From contig CAWJKV010000002.1 in assembly GCA_963843555.1 (NCBI GenBank), positions 32,001 to 96,000 of the forward strand: a stretch of 64,000 bases of DNA, read 5' to 3'. A program made the position numbers and the translations under genes. Numbering within the stretch: position 1 is the first letter of the stretch; each line of letters starts with the position of its first letter. The DNA comes from an uncultured Methanosarcinales archaeon. Its GTDB lineage: Archaea > Halobacteriota > Methanosarcinia > Methanotrichales > Methanotrichaceae. Of the stretch, positions 53,799-64,000 are shown one piece after another. The notes beneath the pieces are model-generated. The model had not been told where the DNA came from, searched no databases, and worked only from the letters and a program-made list of their open reading frames with translations.

Positions 53799-53962
53799 TA
53801 ATTCAAGGTTGATCTTTAAAATCTCACGCCGCCAAGCGATCTCCACTCCCTATGAGGGCTCATATCCAGACAGTGGATATCGTATTTGCATGCAGGAGTC
53901 TTAAAATGTGTACTGTCAGCCTGCAGCCTCTTCGAAGGTAGGGATTGATTAACTTTCAGGGA

Positions 53963-54598
53963 TCAAGATATTTTACGACGCGTCGCCCATTGATAGGCGA
54001 GAATGAGAAGGAAGAGCCATATCGCCCCGATGATATAGCTGCCCAGAACATCGCTCGCCCAGTGTGCGCCAAGATATACGCGTGAAGGTCCGATCAGAAG
54101 GATCAGCGCACCGCAAATGGCGATAACGATCACCCGTGCCCATCCAGCAAAATGTATCCACGCCAGATAGGCGAAGAATCCAAAAAAGACGACAAAAAAT
54201 AGGACATGCCCGCTTGGATAACTATATTCGTTGATGCTCTGTATGAGTCTCGGGGCATTTTGATCTAAAGGGAATGGACGCGGTCTTTGGATGAGATCCT
54301 TCAGCACAAAAGCCAGCAATACGCTGCTGGTTGTGGCAAGCATAAAGATCGCCTCCAGCCATTTGCGCCGTATGGCAAAGGTCAGCATAGCGATGGCGGT
54401 CAGCGCAAGAGCAAACGCTATTTCGCCAAGGTCGCTAACATAATTCATTAGCATGTCGAACAGCGGGTTTGCTTGCTCTTTCAACTCCTCGTATGCCTTC
54501 AAGTCTAAGGGCAAGACCGGGAACCTGGCTGCTGCATACGAGAGTGATATGGCAAGTGTAAGCATCAACACGAATACGATTGCAATCTTTCTATTCAA
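53963..54598 (-). CDS. PAP2 family phosphatase
   Basis: K...RPRP, YPSGH and SRVYLGAHWASD motifs. Confidence 0.93.
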   Translation of the reverse strand: MNRKIAIVFVLMLTLAISLSYAAARFPVLPLDLKAYEELKEQANPLFDMLMNYVSDLGEIAFALALTAIAMLTFAIRRKWLEAIFMLATTSSVLLAFVLKDLIQRPRPFPLDQNAPRLIQSINEYSYPSGHVLFFVVFFGFFAYLAWIHFAGWARVIVIAICGALILLIGPSRVYLGAHWASDVLGSYIIGAIWLFLLILAYQWATRRKIS

Positions 54599-54687
54599 TG
54601 CATCTTCATATATGGGCTCACACTTATTATTCTATTGGCCACCTTTGGCTGCCAAAAAGTGCAGGCGGAATCAGCGGATTCCCTAGT

Positions 54688-56040
54688 GAATCTGAAAGGA
54701 AAGCCATAGAAAACTGATAACGCCTTTGAAGTGTTCAGTCTCTCTTCGAGAGGCTAGAAACCAACTGCTAATCCTTTCGAGAAATAAACGATTGAAGTCG
54801 AATGAGTAAAAAGTTCTCGAAAGAAAAGCTTTGGGATGGTTAGGGGGTGTCGGAGGATTTATATTGCAAATCCCAAACAGAATCTCATCATGAATAGCGG
54901 CGAGACTTCTGCACCGGGAAAGGATTCTCCTCCGTCCGGCAGAACGACTTTGCTAGAAGAACTGCTGGAACTTGGTTTGCGAACCGATTTCCTTGATTTC
55001 CAGCTCATTATCTTAACTCTCCTTGCCGGGATTGTTGCACTCTTCGGCCTTTTCCTGAACAATGTAGCCGTGATTATCGGTGCAATGATAATCTCGCCTT
55101 TGTTGGAACCGATTTATGCGGGAACGATATTCTTGGCTGAAGGAGAGGTCAGGAAGTTCCTGGAACATCTGATGGTCGTATTGGTCCTTGTTCTGATGCT
55201 GATTATAGTATCCGCCGTTATCACCTGGGTCTTATCGTTTTTTGTGCCTTTGGCCATTACACCCGAGATCTCTTCGCGGCTGCAACAGCAGGATATATCT
55301 GCCATCCTTGCGATCGTCCTCGGCATCACCGCAATTTTTGCCCACAAGAGGGGTTTTGTCGCAAGTTTCATCGGTATCGGTGTCGCCGTTGCACTTGTTC
55401 CCCCTGCGGTTGTGACCGGAATAGCCATAACACTCCTGCCGACAAGAATAATCGATGCGCTTTCCCTAACGCTGAACAACATATTCGGACTCTTTGCCGG
55501 GATGCTGATCGCCATTCTCGCGCTAGGAATCGGTCCACGGAGCGAGGTGAAGAAGAAACTGACACGAAAGAATGTTTACCTCATGCTTGGGTGCGTTGCG
55601 GGTCTGCTCATAATTATATGGTATTCTCTAAGCATCCTGCATCAAGCAATGTGACGAAACTGCATGTTCCGGTCTGCATCAATAAGGTTTTTGCCCGTTG
55701 ATTTCATCGAAGAGTCTTTTCAGAATCGGATTGGGGAAGAGAGCCCATAACCTGGTGGAATGCAAAGACGGTAAAGGAGTCACCATGTTAGCTATTATGG
55801 GCTAGGCATATTATCAGCAATAGTATTTTTGAAATCCTTAAAATACTTAAACAATTATCCTCACGAATGGTATGCACGCATTGGCATCTGCATCTCATAA
55901 TCAAACGAATCTGAAAGGAAAGCTATAGAAAGCGATAACGCCTTTGGGGTGTTCACTCTCTCTCTCCAAGAGGCTAGAAAACTTACTGCGAATCCTTTGA
56001 GAGATGAACGATGAAGTCGAATGAGTAAAAGTTCTCGAAA
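54688..56040. repeat. ~134-bp direct repeat (54688-54822 and 55907-56040) flanking the DUF389 gene
   Basis: GAATCTGAAAGGAAAGC...GATAACGCCTTTG...GAGGCTAGAAA...GAAGTCGAATGAGTAAAA...TTCTCGAAA in both copies. Confidence 0.9.
54836..55654 (+). CDS. DUF389/TIGR00341 family membrane protein
   Basis: AVIIGAMIISPLL.P and GVAVALVPP motifs. Confidence 0.88.
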   Translation: MVRGCRRIYIANPKQNLIMNSGETSAPGKDSPPSGRTTLLEELLELGLRTDFLDFQLIILTLLAGIVALFGLFLNNVAVIIGAMIISPLLEPIYAGTIFLAEGEVRKFLEHLMVVLVLVLMLIIVSAVITWVLSFFVPLAITPEISSRLQQQDISAILAIVLGITAIFAHKRGFVASFIGIGVAVALVPPAVVTGIAITLLPTRIIDALSLTLNNIFGLFAGMLIAILALGIGPRSEVKKKLTRKNVYLMLGCVAGLLIIIWYSLSILHQAM

Positions 56041-56114
56041 TAAGAAACAATAAGATACATAAATCAATAATAGCATAATAGTGATAGAAAATTTCTAGAT
56101 ATAGAGGTGTAGAG

Positions 56115-56492
56115 ATGATTGGAGTTTGTCCAGGTTGTGGAAAGCCCTTCCGAATAGAGCAGGCGAAAGGCGATGAAGGATTGGTTTACTGCGAGGATGT
56201 ATGCATCAGCCCGGCCGATATGCCTACCGGCGAGAGGATGATGGCGGACCAGGCTACGAAATTATACGTAGATGGAAAGATGCACGAGATGACTCGCGAG
56301 GAGTACATCAAGACACACGGACTTGATCCGGAGCCCGTGATGCAGGCAGTCAACAAATGGCGCGAAGAGCAGATGGAGAAGTGGGCGGTCTCGCAAGGAA
56401 GAAGCGAAGAAGAAGTGCACGAGTGGCTTAAGAGCTTTCCAGGGTTGCAGCATAAACTACCAACTTGGCGGGAACAGGCTGAGAAGAAGTGA
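56115..56492 (+). CDS. Hypothetical protein with N-terminal CxxC
   Basis: GAGGTG RBS; CPGCG...YC..VC motif; 125 aa. Confidence 0.7.
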   Translation: MIGVCPGCGKPFRIEQAKGDEGLVYCEDVCISPADMPTGERMMADQATKLYVDGKMHEMTREEYIKTHGLDPEPVMQAVNKWREEQMEKWAVSQGRSEEEVHEWLKSFPGLQHKLPTWREQAEKK

Positions 56493-56761
56493 CGAGTGTA
56501 TTTTAGAAGTTGACTGCGAGATCTGGCGAATAAAAGGGCTGTCAGGGCAAGAATATGACCAAATCACCTAATGATCAATTCGCCCGCTTCATTCGCCTTT
56601 CAAATAGAGTGACAGTTGTTCATGGTTGGTGACACGCTGTCAAGCCGCGGGATGTGACTTGCGCCGTTCTTGAAGGAGCTCACGCAGGGAATTAAATTGT
56701 AACATAATAATCTTCATGCAAGAGTATCGATTTCGTATTCTAAGCATCGAGATAAGGGTGA

Positions 56762-57292
56762 ATGTACATGAGTATGATCAGAAATGGTGTGGATGTCGAA
56801 AAGTTAGCAGAAATAGTTAAAGCAGTAACGGAAGATCCAAAAAAGGCCCAAGTCAAATTTATGGCAAGTACCAAGTGGGTCAGTGGAGCATGTTCTGAAA
56901 CAAAGATCAGAGACTTTGAGATAGAATGTGATGAGCCACCAGTTTTACTTGGGACCAACAAGGCCCCTAATCCTGTGGAGACAATTCTGGCAGCCCTCGG
57001 TTCATGTCTGGCAGTTGGCTTTGCTTATAGTGCGGCAGCACGCGGCATAAACTTGGAGTCGTTGGACATATTGTCAGAAGGCGATCTTGACCTTAGGGGA
57101 TTCCTCGGTGTATCTGACGATGTCAGACCTGGTTACCAGAGCATCAAGGTAACTTGCAAAATAAAGAGCGATGCATCAAAAGAGAAGATCAGCGAACTCT
57201 ACGAACATGTTAAAAAAACATCTCCTGTTAGGGATATAATCCAAAATTTGGAGCCTCTAACAATCATACATGAAAAATCTGAAATGATATGA
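56762..57292 (+). CDS. OsmC family protein
   Basis: DEPP.LLGT..APNPVE..LAALGSC, GDLDL.GFLG and SPV motifs. Confidence 0.9.
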   Translation: MYMSMIRNGVDVEKLAEIVKAVTEDPKKAQVKFMASTKWVSGACSETKIRDFEIECDEPPVLLGTNKAPNPVETILAALGSCLAVGFAYSAAARGINLESLDILSEGDLDLRGFLGVSDDVRPGYQSIKVTCKIKSDASKEKISELYEHVKKTSPVRDIIQNLEPLTIIHEKSEMI

Positions 57293-57513
57293 TAAATCCA
57301 ACTCTTTAACCCTTCTTTCGGGGAAGATCATGAGGATTGCTTCAATGGCTGATTTTTGGGAATCCTCTGAAATATACCGGTTAGGGGAACAATGAGATCT
57401 AAGGAACTCGTATCATCAGGCTGATGCCTTATTGTTTAAAAAGTATTACCGGCTGCGAAGATAGAGGTTTTATGCTAGCTTGAAATTGGCGCAAAAAAAG
57501 TTATGACAGATGT

Positions 57514-59643
57514 TCAGGCATGCTGCAAAGCTTCCTGATAAAAGGATGTGACGTACTCCTTGACCATTCTCCGGGCAGAGAATCCTGTACCCACGCTCTT
57601 CATGGCCTCTTTCATGACCTGGACCCATGAATGGGCCAGCCCCTTGCTATCTCTTTCATAATATAGGGGAACCACCTTGTTCTCCAGAATATCGTAAATG
57701 GCCCTGGCATCCTTTGCGTCTCTTTCCGGGCCATCTGCACCCTGGAAAGCCCAGCCGTTTCTGCCGTTGTACCCCTCCATCCACCACCCATCCAGGATGC
57801 TCAGCTGCGGAACGCCGTTCAGGCATGCTTTCATGCCGCTGGTACCAGACGCCTCCATAGGCGGAATGGGATTGTTTAGCCAGAGATCGACGCCGTGTAC
57901 CATGTACTGTGCCAGAAGCTCTCCGTAGTCCTCCACAATGGCGATCCTCCCGCCAAATTCTGGATCATGGGCAAAGTTGAAAACTTTCTGCAGAATCCTC
58001 TTCCCTGCATCATCCGCGGGATGGGCCTTGCCGGCAAATATTATCTGCACAGGTTGCCATCTATTATTGAGGATTCTCTTCAACCGCTCTTTATCAGAAA
58101 ATATCAAATCCGCCCTCTTGTAGGAAGCGAAACGTCGGGCGAAACCTATGGTCAAAGCGTAAGGCTCCAGGAGAGCGCCTCCTGCAACTACATTCGTTGG
58201 GCTGATTTGATCTTCGAACCAACGCTTCCTGGCCCGGTACCTGATGTAGTCGATCAGTTTAACCTTCAATTGATGATGAATGTCCCATAATTCAACCTCA
58301 GGGATGTCATTTATCCGCTCCCAAACCATTTTATTGTCGTGATCCTTCAACCAATCGGGACCAAGGTATCTATTGAAAAGCAGCTCCATCTTGGGCTCAA
58401 TCCAAGTGGGAACATGTACTCCATTAGTGATATAATCAATCGACTTCCCGCCTATTTCCTGAGCTGGCCAGAGGGACGGCCACATCTGGTTTGCTACTTC
58501 ACTATGTCTCTTGCTGACGCCGTTATGGTGTCCGGCCATCCTGAGGGCAAAGGCTGTCATATTGAATCCTGCATTTGGGTCGGCTGGATTGGAGCCCAGG
58601 CGGATGAAATCCTCTCGTTTCAGGCCCAAGAGTGGATAGTAGCGGCTGAAATATTTGTCCATCAGGTAAAAGGGAAAGACATCATGCCCTGCGGGAACGG
58701 GCGTATGGGTGGTAAAAATCGTGGTTGCCTTTACCTGAGCAGCAGCATCCACATAGCTCATTCCGCCTTGCATCCTCTCCCTGATCCTTTCTAAAATAGC
58801 GAAGGCGGGATGACCTTCATTCAGATGCATTACAGAGTGCTTGATGCCCAGGGATCTCAAGACTTCGCTTCCTCCAATACCCAGAACAACCTCCTGCCGC
58901 AGCCTTTGTTCGATGTCACCTATGTAGAGATGGGCTGATATCCCCCTATTCCAGGGATCATTGCTATCTATATCCGTATCCAGCAGATAGAGCGATATTC
59001 GTCCTATTGCTACCTTCCAAACAGCCACAAATAGCGGCGGATCCAGGAAGGGGACTTTGACTATGATATGTTCTCCCGCATCATTCATAACCCTGGAAAT
59101 AGGCGCTGAATCTCTATCAAGAACCTCATCCACATTCTCCTGCCATCCGTCGGAGCGAATCCTTTGGCGCATGTAGCCTTCGGGATACATGAATCCAACT
59201 GCAACAAGCGGAACGGTCAGATCGCTGCACTCCTTAACATGATCCCCTGCCAGGAAGCCCAATCCACCGGCATAGAAAGGCAGGGAATGGTGCAGCCCGT
59301 ACTCGGCTGAAAAGTAAGCTATTGGCAGCGAGCCAATATCTTTGACGTTCTCTGCAAACCAACCTGCGCTTGAAGCCAGATCCTCCTGAAACCTGGCCAT
59401 CACGGAATGATAATGACTCATGTATTCCGGATCCTTTGAGGCGGACTGCAGGACATCACCAGGCAGTTCTTCAAGCAACTTTATGGGATTATGATAGCCC
59501 TCCTTCCAGTCCTCACGATTCAGCCTCTTGAAGAGCATTCTGGCGGCAGGATGCCAGCTCCACCAGAGATTGAAAGCAAGATCTTCCAGCCCTTTGAGAT
59601 CAGGGGGAATATGAGCAAAATTTTTTTGTTCAGCTTTTGCCAA
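57514..59643 (-). CDS. glgP: Alpha-glucan (glycogen) phosphorylase
   Basis: YAGGLG.LAGD, HLNEGHPA, FARRFA.YKR and EASGTSGMKA motifs. Confidence 0.96.
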   Translation of the reverse strand: MAKAEQKNFAHIPPDLKGLEDLAFNLWWSWHPAARMLFKRLNREDWKEGYHNPIKLLEELPGDVLQSASKDPEYMSHYHSVMARFQEDLASSAGWFAENVKDIGSLPIAYFSAEYGLHHSLPFYAGGLGFLAGDHVKECSDLTVPLVAVGFMYPEGYMRQRIRSDGWQENVDEVLDRDSAPISRVMNDAGEHIIVKVPFLDPPLFVAVWKVAIGRISLYLLDTDIDSNDPWNRGISAHLYIGDIEQRLRQEVVLGIGGSEVLRSLGIKHSVMHLNEGHPAFAILERIRERMQGGMSYVDAAAQVKATTIFTTHTPVPAGHDVFPFYLMDKYFSRYYPLLGLKREDFIRLGSNPADPNAGFNMTAFALRMAGHHNGVSKRHSEVANQMWPSLWPAQEIGGKSIDYITNGVHVPTWIEPKMELLFNRYLGPDWLKDHDNKMVWERINDIPEVELWDIHHQLKVKLIDYIRYRARKRWFEDQISPTNVVAGGALLEPYALTIGFARRFASYKRADLIFSDKERLKRILNNRWQPVQIIFAGKAHPADDAGKRILQKVFNFAHDPEFGGRIAIVEDYGELLAQYMVHGVDLWLNNPIPPMEASGTSGMKACLNGVPQLSILDGWWMEGYNGRNGWAFQGADGPERDAKDARAIYDILENKVVPLYYERDSKGLAHSWVQVMKEAMKSVGTGFSARRMVKEYVTSFYQEALQHA

Positions 59644-59819
59644 GGCAGTTTACCTCCTCGAAAGGAAATTTTTTTATATCTCAATATTCACATACTTGCA
59701 TAGGGGATAAAGGGCAAACGTATCTAACTTAGGTTGATCTGCTAACGGTTCCTAGTTTTCATGCCGCCGCGTGTTGCATGCTCGACTGCTGTAGTGGTGT
59801 GCGCCGCTGCTGTTCAGCT

Positions 59820-62231
59820 TCACATGCCTAGATCCTTCTCAGTCTCCAGGACTTTCAGAGTGATCTTCATGACCGAGTCAGGGTTGATGGATATGGAATC
59901 AATTCCTTCTCTTACCAGGAACTGTGCAAACTCAGGGTAATCGCTGGGGGCCTGACCACACAAACCGCTGTGCCGGCCACTTTTCTTGGTTCCCTCTATG
60001 GACATGGCCACCATCTTTTTTACAGCTGGGTCCCTCTCATCGAACTCTTGGGCCAGAATCTCTGAGTCCCTGTCTATTCCGAGAGTAAGCTGGGTCAGGT
60101 CATTGGAACCTATTGAGATGCCATCCACCAACTGGCAGAACTCCTCCACCAGCACGACATTGCTGGGAATCTCGCACATGATGTAGACCAGAAGCCCTTT
60201 TTCCCCTCTCTTCAGGCCGTTCTTTGCCATCTCCTCCAGGACTTTTCTACATTCCTCCACCCGGCGGCAGAAGGGAATCATGACGATGACATTGTCAAGT
60301 CCCATGACTTCACGTACCTGTTTTAGAGCTCTGCACTCCAGGGCAAACCCCTCTCTGTACCTTTCGCTGTAGTACCTGGAAGCACCCCTAAACCCTATCA
60401 TGGGGTTGTTCTCTTTTAGCTCGAAATACTCTCCTCCGATGAGGTTCGCGTACTCGTTTGACTTGAAGTCACTTGTGCGGACAACGACGGGTTTTGGATA
60501 GAAGGCGGCAGCGATTGTACCTATTCCCTGGGCGAGCTTCTCCACGAAGTAGTCGCTCTTGTTGTCGTAGGCGAAAGCAAGGTCATCTATCTCCTTATTC
60601 ACAGAAGCATCCGTTACTTTCTCCTGATGCAGAAGGGCCATGGGATGGACCTTTATCTGACTGGCGATAATGAATTCAAGCCTCGCCAGGCCGACCCCGT
60701 CGTTCGGTATGAAAGAAACAGAAAAAGCCTCCTCTGGGTTTCCGAGGTTAATCATTATCTCAGTCTTCGGCCGCAGCAAGTCCTTCAGAACGGTCTTCTC
60801 CACATGGAAGGGCAGCTTGCCATCATAGACAACTCCCGCGTCTCCTTCGGCGCAGCTTACTGTAACCTCCTGGCCCGTCTTGATCTTCGTTGTGGCTCCT
60901 TCAGCCCCCACCACAGCGGGTACTCCGAATTCTCTGCTGAGTATAGCTGCGTGGCTAGTCCTTCCGCCAGTGTTGGTCACTATAGCTGCGGCTATCTTCA
61001 TCACCGGCTCCCAGTCGGGAGTGGTTGTGTCTGAGATCAGAATCTCGCCAGGTTTAAAGGATGAGAGATGTGCCACATCGGACATAATATGCGCCTTGCC
61101 ACTGGCGATCTTTTCCCCGATACTCCTTCCAGTAATCAACACTGGACCTTTCTTTTCCAGGTGGTATGATTCTAGAATGTCCCTGGTCTTCTGAGACTGG
61201 ACTGTCTCCGGCCTGGCCTGGACTACGAAAAGCTCGCCTGTCCTGCCGTCCTTGGCCCACTCGATGTCCATAGGCATATCCTTTGCGGCCTTCTTCGAAT
61301 AGTGATCCTCTATGGTCGTAGCGTATCTGGCCAGGGTAAGGACATCGTCATCTGAGATGCAGAACCTCCTGCGATCCTCCTCTAGTACGTCTACGTTGTG
61401 AGTCATAGCCTTGGACTCACCAGTGCCGTAGATCATCTTTATCTTCTTCTCTCCCAGGCTCTTCCTGATTATGGGCTGAAAGCCCTTTCGGAATGTGGGT
61501 TTGAATACGTAGAACTCATCAGTGATAACGGCCCCCTGCACTACGTTCTCTCCAAGGCCGTAGGCACCTGTGATGAATATCACATCCCTAAAGCCGGTCT
61601 CGGTGTCCAGGGTAAAGATCACGCCACTTGATGCCAGGTCTGACCGGACCATCTTCATGATTCCTATGGATAGGGCCACATTGAATTGGTCGAAGCCGTT
61701 GTCTATACGGTAAGATATGGCCCGGTCCATGAAGAGGGATGCATAACATTTTATGCAGGCCTCCTTGAGATCCTGATATCCGCGAACATTGAGAAAAGTC
61801 TCCTGCTGACCGGCAAAGGATGCAGTGGGTAGATCCTCTGCCGTTGCTGAGCTTCGCACGGCCACATCTGGGTCGGCACCGTACTCCTCACCCAGTTTGT
61901 CGTAGTCTTCTTTTATTTCCATCCACAGATCTTCGGGCAAGTCGGATTCTAGAATCAACTCGCGTGCTCTTTTTCCCCTAGCTGCCAGGTCTTTCACGTC
62001 AGCCTTGTTCAGGCCGGACATGATCTCCTTCAACTTGTCTAGAATGCCTGTGGAGTTGAGAAAATGCCAGTAGGCTTCTGAAGTCGTGGCAAACCCATTG
62101 GGAATCTTGACCCCTTTGGATGTGAGATCCTGATACATTTCTCCTAAAGAAGCATTCTTTCCACCAACCGAAGGCACATCCTCAATGCGTATTTCATTGA
62201 ACCAGAGCGTGAATTTTCTTTCTTGCGGCAT
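59820..62231 (-). CDS. ppsA: Phosphoenolpyruvate synthase
   Basis: VGGKNASLGEM, AVRSSATAED, GGRTSHAAI and SIGSNDLTQ motifs. Confidence 0.97.
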   Translation of the reverse strand: MPQERKFTLWFNEIRIEDVPSVGGKNASLGEMYQDLTSKGVKIPNGFATTSEAYWHFLNSTGILDKLKEIMSGLNKADVKDLAARGKRARELILESDLPEDLWMEIKEDYDKLGEEYGADPDVAVRSSATAEDLPTASFAGQQETFLNVRGYQDLKEACIKCYASLFMDRAISYRIDNGFDQFNVALSIGIMKMVRSDLASSGVIFTLDTETGFRDVIFITGAYGLGENVVQGAVITDEFYVFKPTFRKGFQPIIRKSLGEKKIKMIYGTGESKAMTHNVDVLEEDRRRFCISDDDVLTLARYATTIEDHYSKKAAKDMPMDIEWAKDGRTGELFVVQARPETVQSQKTRDILESYHLEKKGPVLITGRSIGEKIASGKAHIMSDVAHLSSFKPGEILISDTTTPDWEPVMKIAAAIVTNTGGRTSHAAILSREFGVPAVVGAEGATTKIKTGQEVTVSCAEGDAGVVYDGKLPFHVEKTVLKDLLRPKTEIMINLGNPEEAFSVSFIPNDGVGLARLEFIIASQIKVHPMALLHQEKVTDASVNKEIDDLAFAYDNKSDYFVEKLAQGIGTIAAAFYPKPVVVRTSDFKSNEYANLIGGEYFELKENNPMIGFRGASRYYSERYREGFALECRALKQVREVMGLDNVIVMIPFCRRVEECRKVLEEMAKNGLKRGEKGLLVYIMCEIPSNVVLVEEFCQLVDGISIGSNDLTQLTLGIDRDSEILAQEFDERDPAVKKMVAMSIEGTKKSGRHSGLCGQAPSDYPEFAQFLVREGIDSISINPDSVMKITLKVLETEKDLGM

Positions 62232-62272
62232 AGTTCCTCACATACGAAAATATAAATGGGTTTGAAAGTTGG

Positions 62273-63422
62273 TCAAGCTATTTTATCAGGCCACACTCCG
62301 TGGACCACACCCAGTGCCCTGTCAACAGAGCCGTGAACTTTGTCTGCTGGAAATCCGCAGAACAGGAGGTACGCCTCGGCATAATTAGGCACGGGAATGG
62401 ACATCTGCTCCACTAGCATGACGATCTGCATTATTGTATAATCGCCCAGTTTAAAGGGAATTATTGCATCGGAAAAAAGCAGCTCGAAGATCTCGGGGCT
62501 TATTGGCCTTTCAAACCCGGATGCAAAGGCCTCCAGGATTTCGCCTGTCCAGTCATGCTTTTTTCCAGCATCATCATAGGGAATTACCACAACACGCCTG
62601 GTATTGGAGAGCTGCTCAAGCAGCATCTCAGGCTCTTGTTCACCCTCAAAAACAAAATTTAGTTGATGTACATGCGGCATGGTAATCGGAACCTTGCTGG
62701 CCCTGATCGAGAACTTCACGTCCTTAAAAACGGTTGCCGCATCCTTGCCCTGATGGCCGACACCACTTCCGAACTGAATTGCGTTTGGAGACATCTTGAC
62801 GATGTTTTGCGGATCCCCGCTTCTGCGATCCAGGTTGCCCAAGACAGCACGAAGGCCAAGTGGCCTCGCGGCCAGGACGGCTCTGCATAAGGCGGTTGTG
62901 TTGCAGCTGGTGCATTGGACCAATTTTGGAGCAGCCTTGAGAAAACGATCGTAGTTCCCCAGTCCGAAGAAGAACTCTCTTCCCAGATCTTCCTTGATCT
63001 TCTCCGTTATCCCGATATTCTTCTCGAGCCAGACCATTAAGTATATCGCCTCTGTGGGCACCACCCATCAGCACCATGTTGCAGTCGTGGGCCGTGCTCG
63101 CCTCTACGTAAGGCAGCTCCTGTCCCTCCGGAGTTCCAACGACTATTACGTCCGATTCTTCAAAAAATTCGTCATAGCCGCCTTCTATTCTGGTCCCAAC
63201 TTTCTCCCAAGCAGCTCTGTCTTCCTCATCTGTCAAGAAGGCTCTAACATTGCACATCTTTGTGAACTTACTAAGCATGCTCTTAGCCCTGGCATGAGGG
63301 CTGCGAAGCAGCACATTCATGTCGCCATCAATTCCTTCAGCTTCCTTGACTTGATGGATGGCAGAAATTGCCCTCTTGCTCTCTGTCCCATCAAATCCTA
63401 CAAATCCAACATTTGATTTCAT
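62273..63422 (-). CDS. Divergent archaeal (type II) glyceraldehyde-3-phosphate dehydrogenase-like protein, frameshifted at ~63030
   Basis: SCNTT catalytic motif, RRSGDP, HQG.D and VP.T..HVH in ORF 62273-63064. The Rossmann-like N-terminal part lies in ORF 62724-63422. Confidence 0.75.
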
Positions 63423-63549
63423 AGAACAATCACGCAGACTATCTCATTGGTCAGGAAGATATTTCAATTTATCTATAATTTTTCCAGCAATCCCCAAGCC
63501 AATATGCTATTTGGGAAGTATTATAAGATCAGACAACAAACCGATCTTT

Positions 63550-64000
63550 ATGAATTCTCCCGGTGAACCGGTACAACAGAAGACGGAGGTAACGCAGGTT
63601 GTACAACGAACCACTGATGTAAAATCCGTTCGGTTCAAAAGGCCGAAAGGCTTCAATTATCTTCCTGGGCAATGGGCATTTATCACTATTGGCAACGAAA
63701 ATATGCAGAAAACAGAGCCTCTTTCTTTCTCCAGTAGCCCTACCGAAGATTTTCTTGAAGTCACCAAGAGATTGACAGGTCACGAGTTTTCAAATGCAGT
63801 GGATGCACTAAATGTGGGGGATGGGGTGACAATTCGAGGACCTTATGGCAAACTAATTCTTCAGGAAAATCAAGAAAAGATCTGCATGCTTTCCGGCGGG
63901 ATAGGTATTACCCCTTTGCTCAGCATGATCCGTTACTTAACAGATAAGGAACTGAAGACAAGCATAATCTTGCTTTACTCCAACCGCTTCGAGGGTAGTA
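63550..64000 (+). CDS. Ferredoxin-NADP reductase-like FAD/NAD(P) oxidoreductase (partial, runs off the window)
   Basis: Manual translation from ATG 63550: F.YLPGQW, PLSFSSSP, GPYG, SGGIGITP and LLYSNR. Confidence 0.88.
   Translation, partial: MNSPGEPVQQKTEVTQVVQRTTDVKSVRFKRPKGFNYLPGQWAFITIGNENMQKTEPLSFSSSPTEDFLEVTKRLTGHEFSNAVDALNVGDGVTIRGPYGKLILQENQEKICMLSGGIGITPLLSMIRYLTDKELKTSIILLYSNRFEGS

Overview
Archaeal chromosomal window, most consistent with a Methanothrix/Methanotrichaceae-like methanogen (inferred from the archaeal initiator tRNA-Met, Cdc48, AglB with WWDYG, archaeal RNase HII and gene style). Housekeeping and metabolic genes include a beta-CASP nuclease, rnhB, a class V aminotransferase, rubrerythrin, cdc48, aglB, copB, HMG-CoA synthase, glgP, ppsA and a GAPDH-like gene. 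They are interleaved with accessory and eroding regions. Main points: (1) a tightly coupled 4-gene operon (6126-13025) joins two large exported proteins and a multi-TM membrane protein to a very divergent tubulin/FtsZ/CetZ-family GTPase whose T7 loop appears to lack the canonical catalytic motif; (2) a kaiC-kaiB-kaiB-hybrid histidine kinase-CheR/PAS-macrodomain signalling cluster with no kaiA in the window; (3) an orphan, degraded type I-G (I-U) CRISPR csb2 remnant split across frames, with no array; (4) probable PolB2-operon accessory genes with no polymerase next to them; (5) an IS-rich region (IS256, ISAzo13, IS66, IS1634 pieces) with compositionally foreign genes, several gene relics and three direct duplications. 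About ten single-base frameshifts fall in accessory genes and may be sequencing/assembly errors or real decay. All product calls come from motif recognition by eye; no database searches were run.
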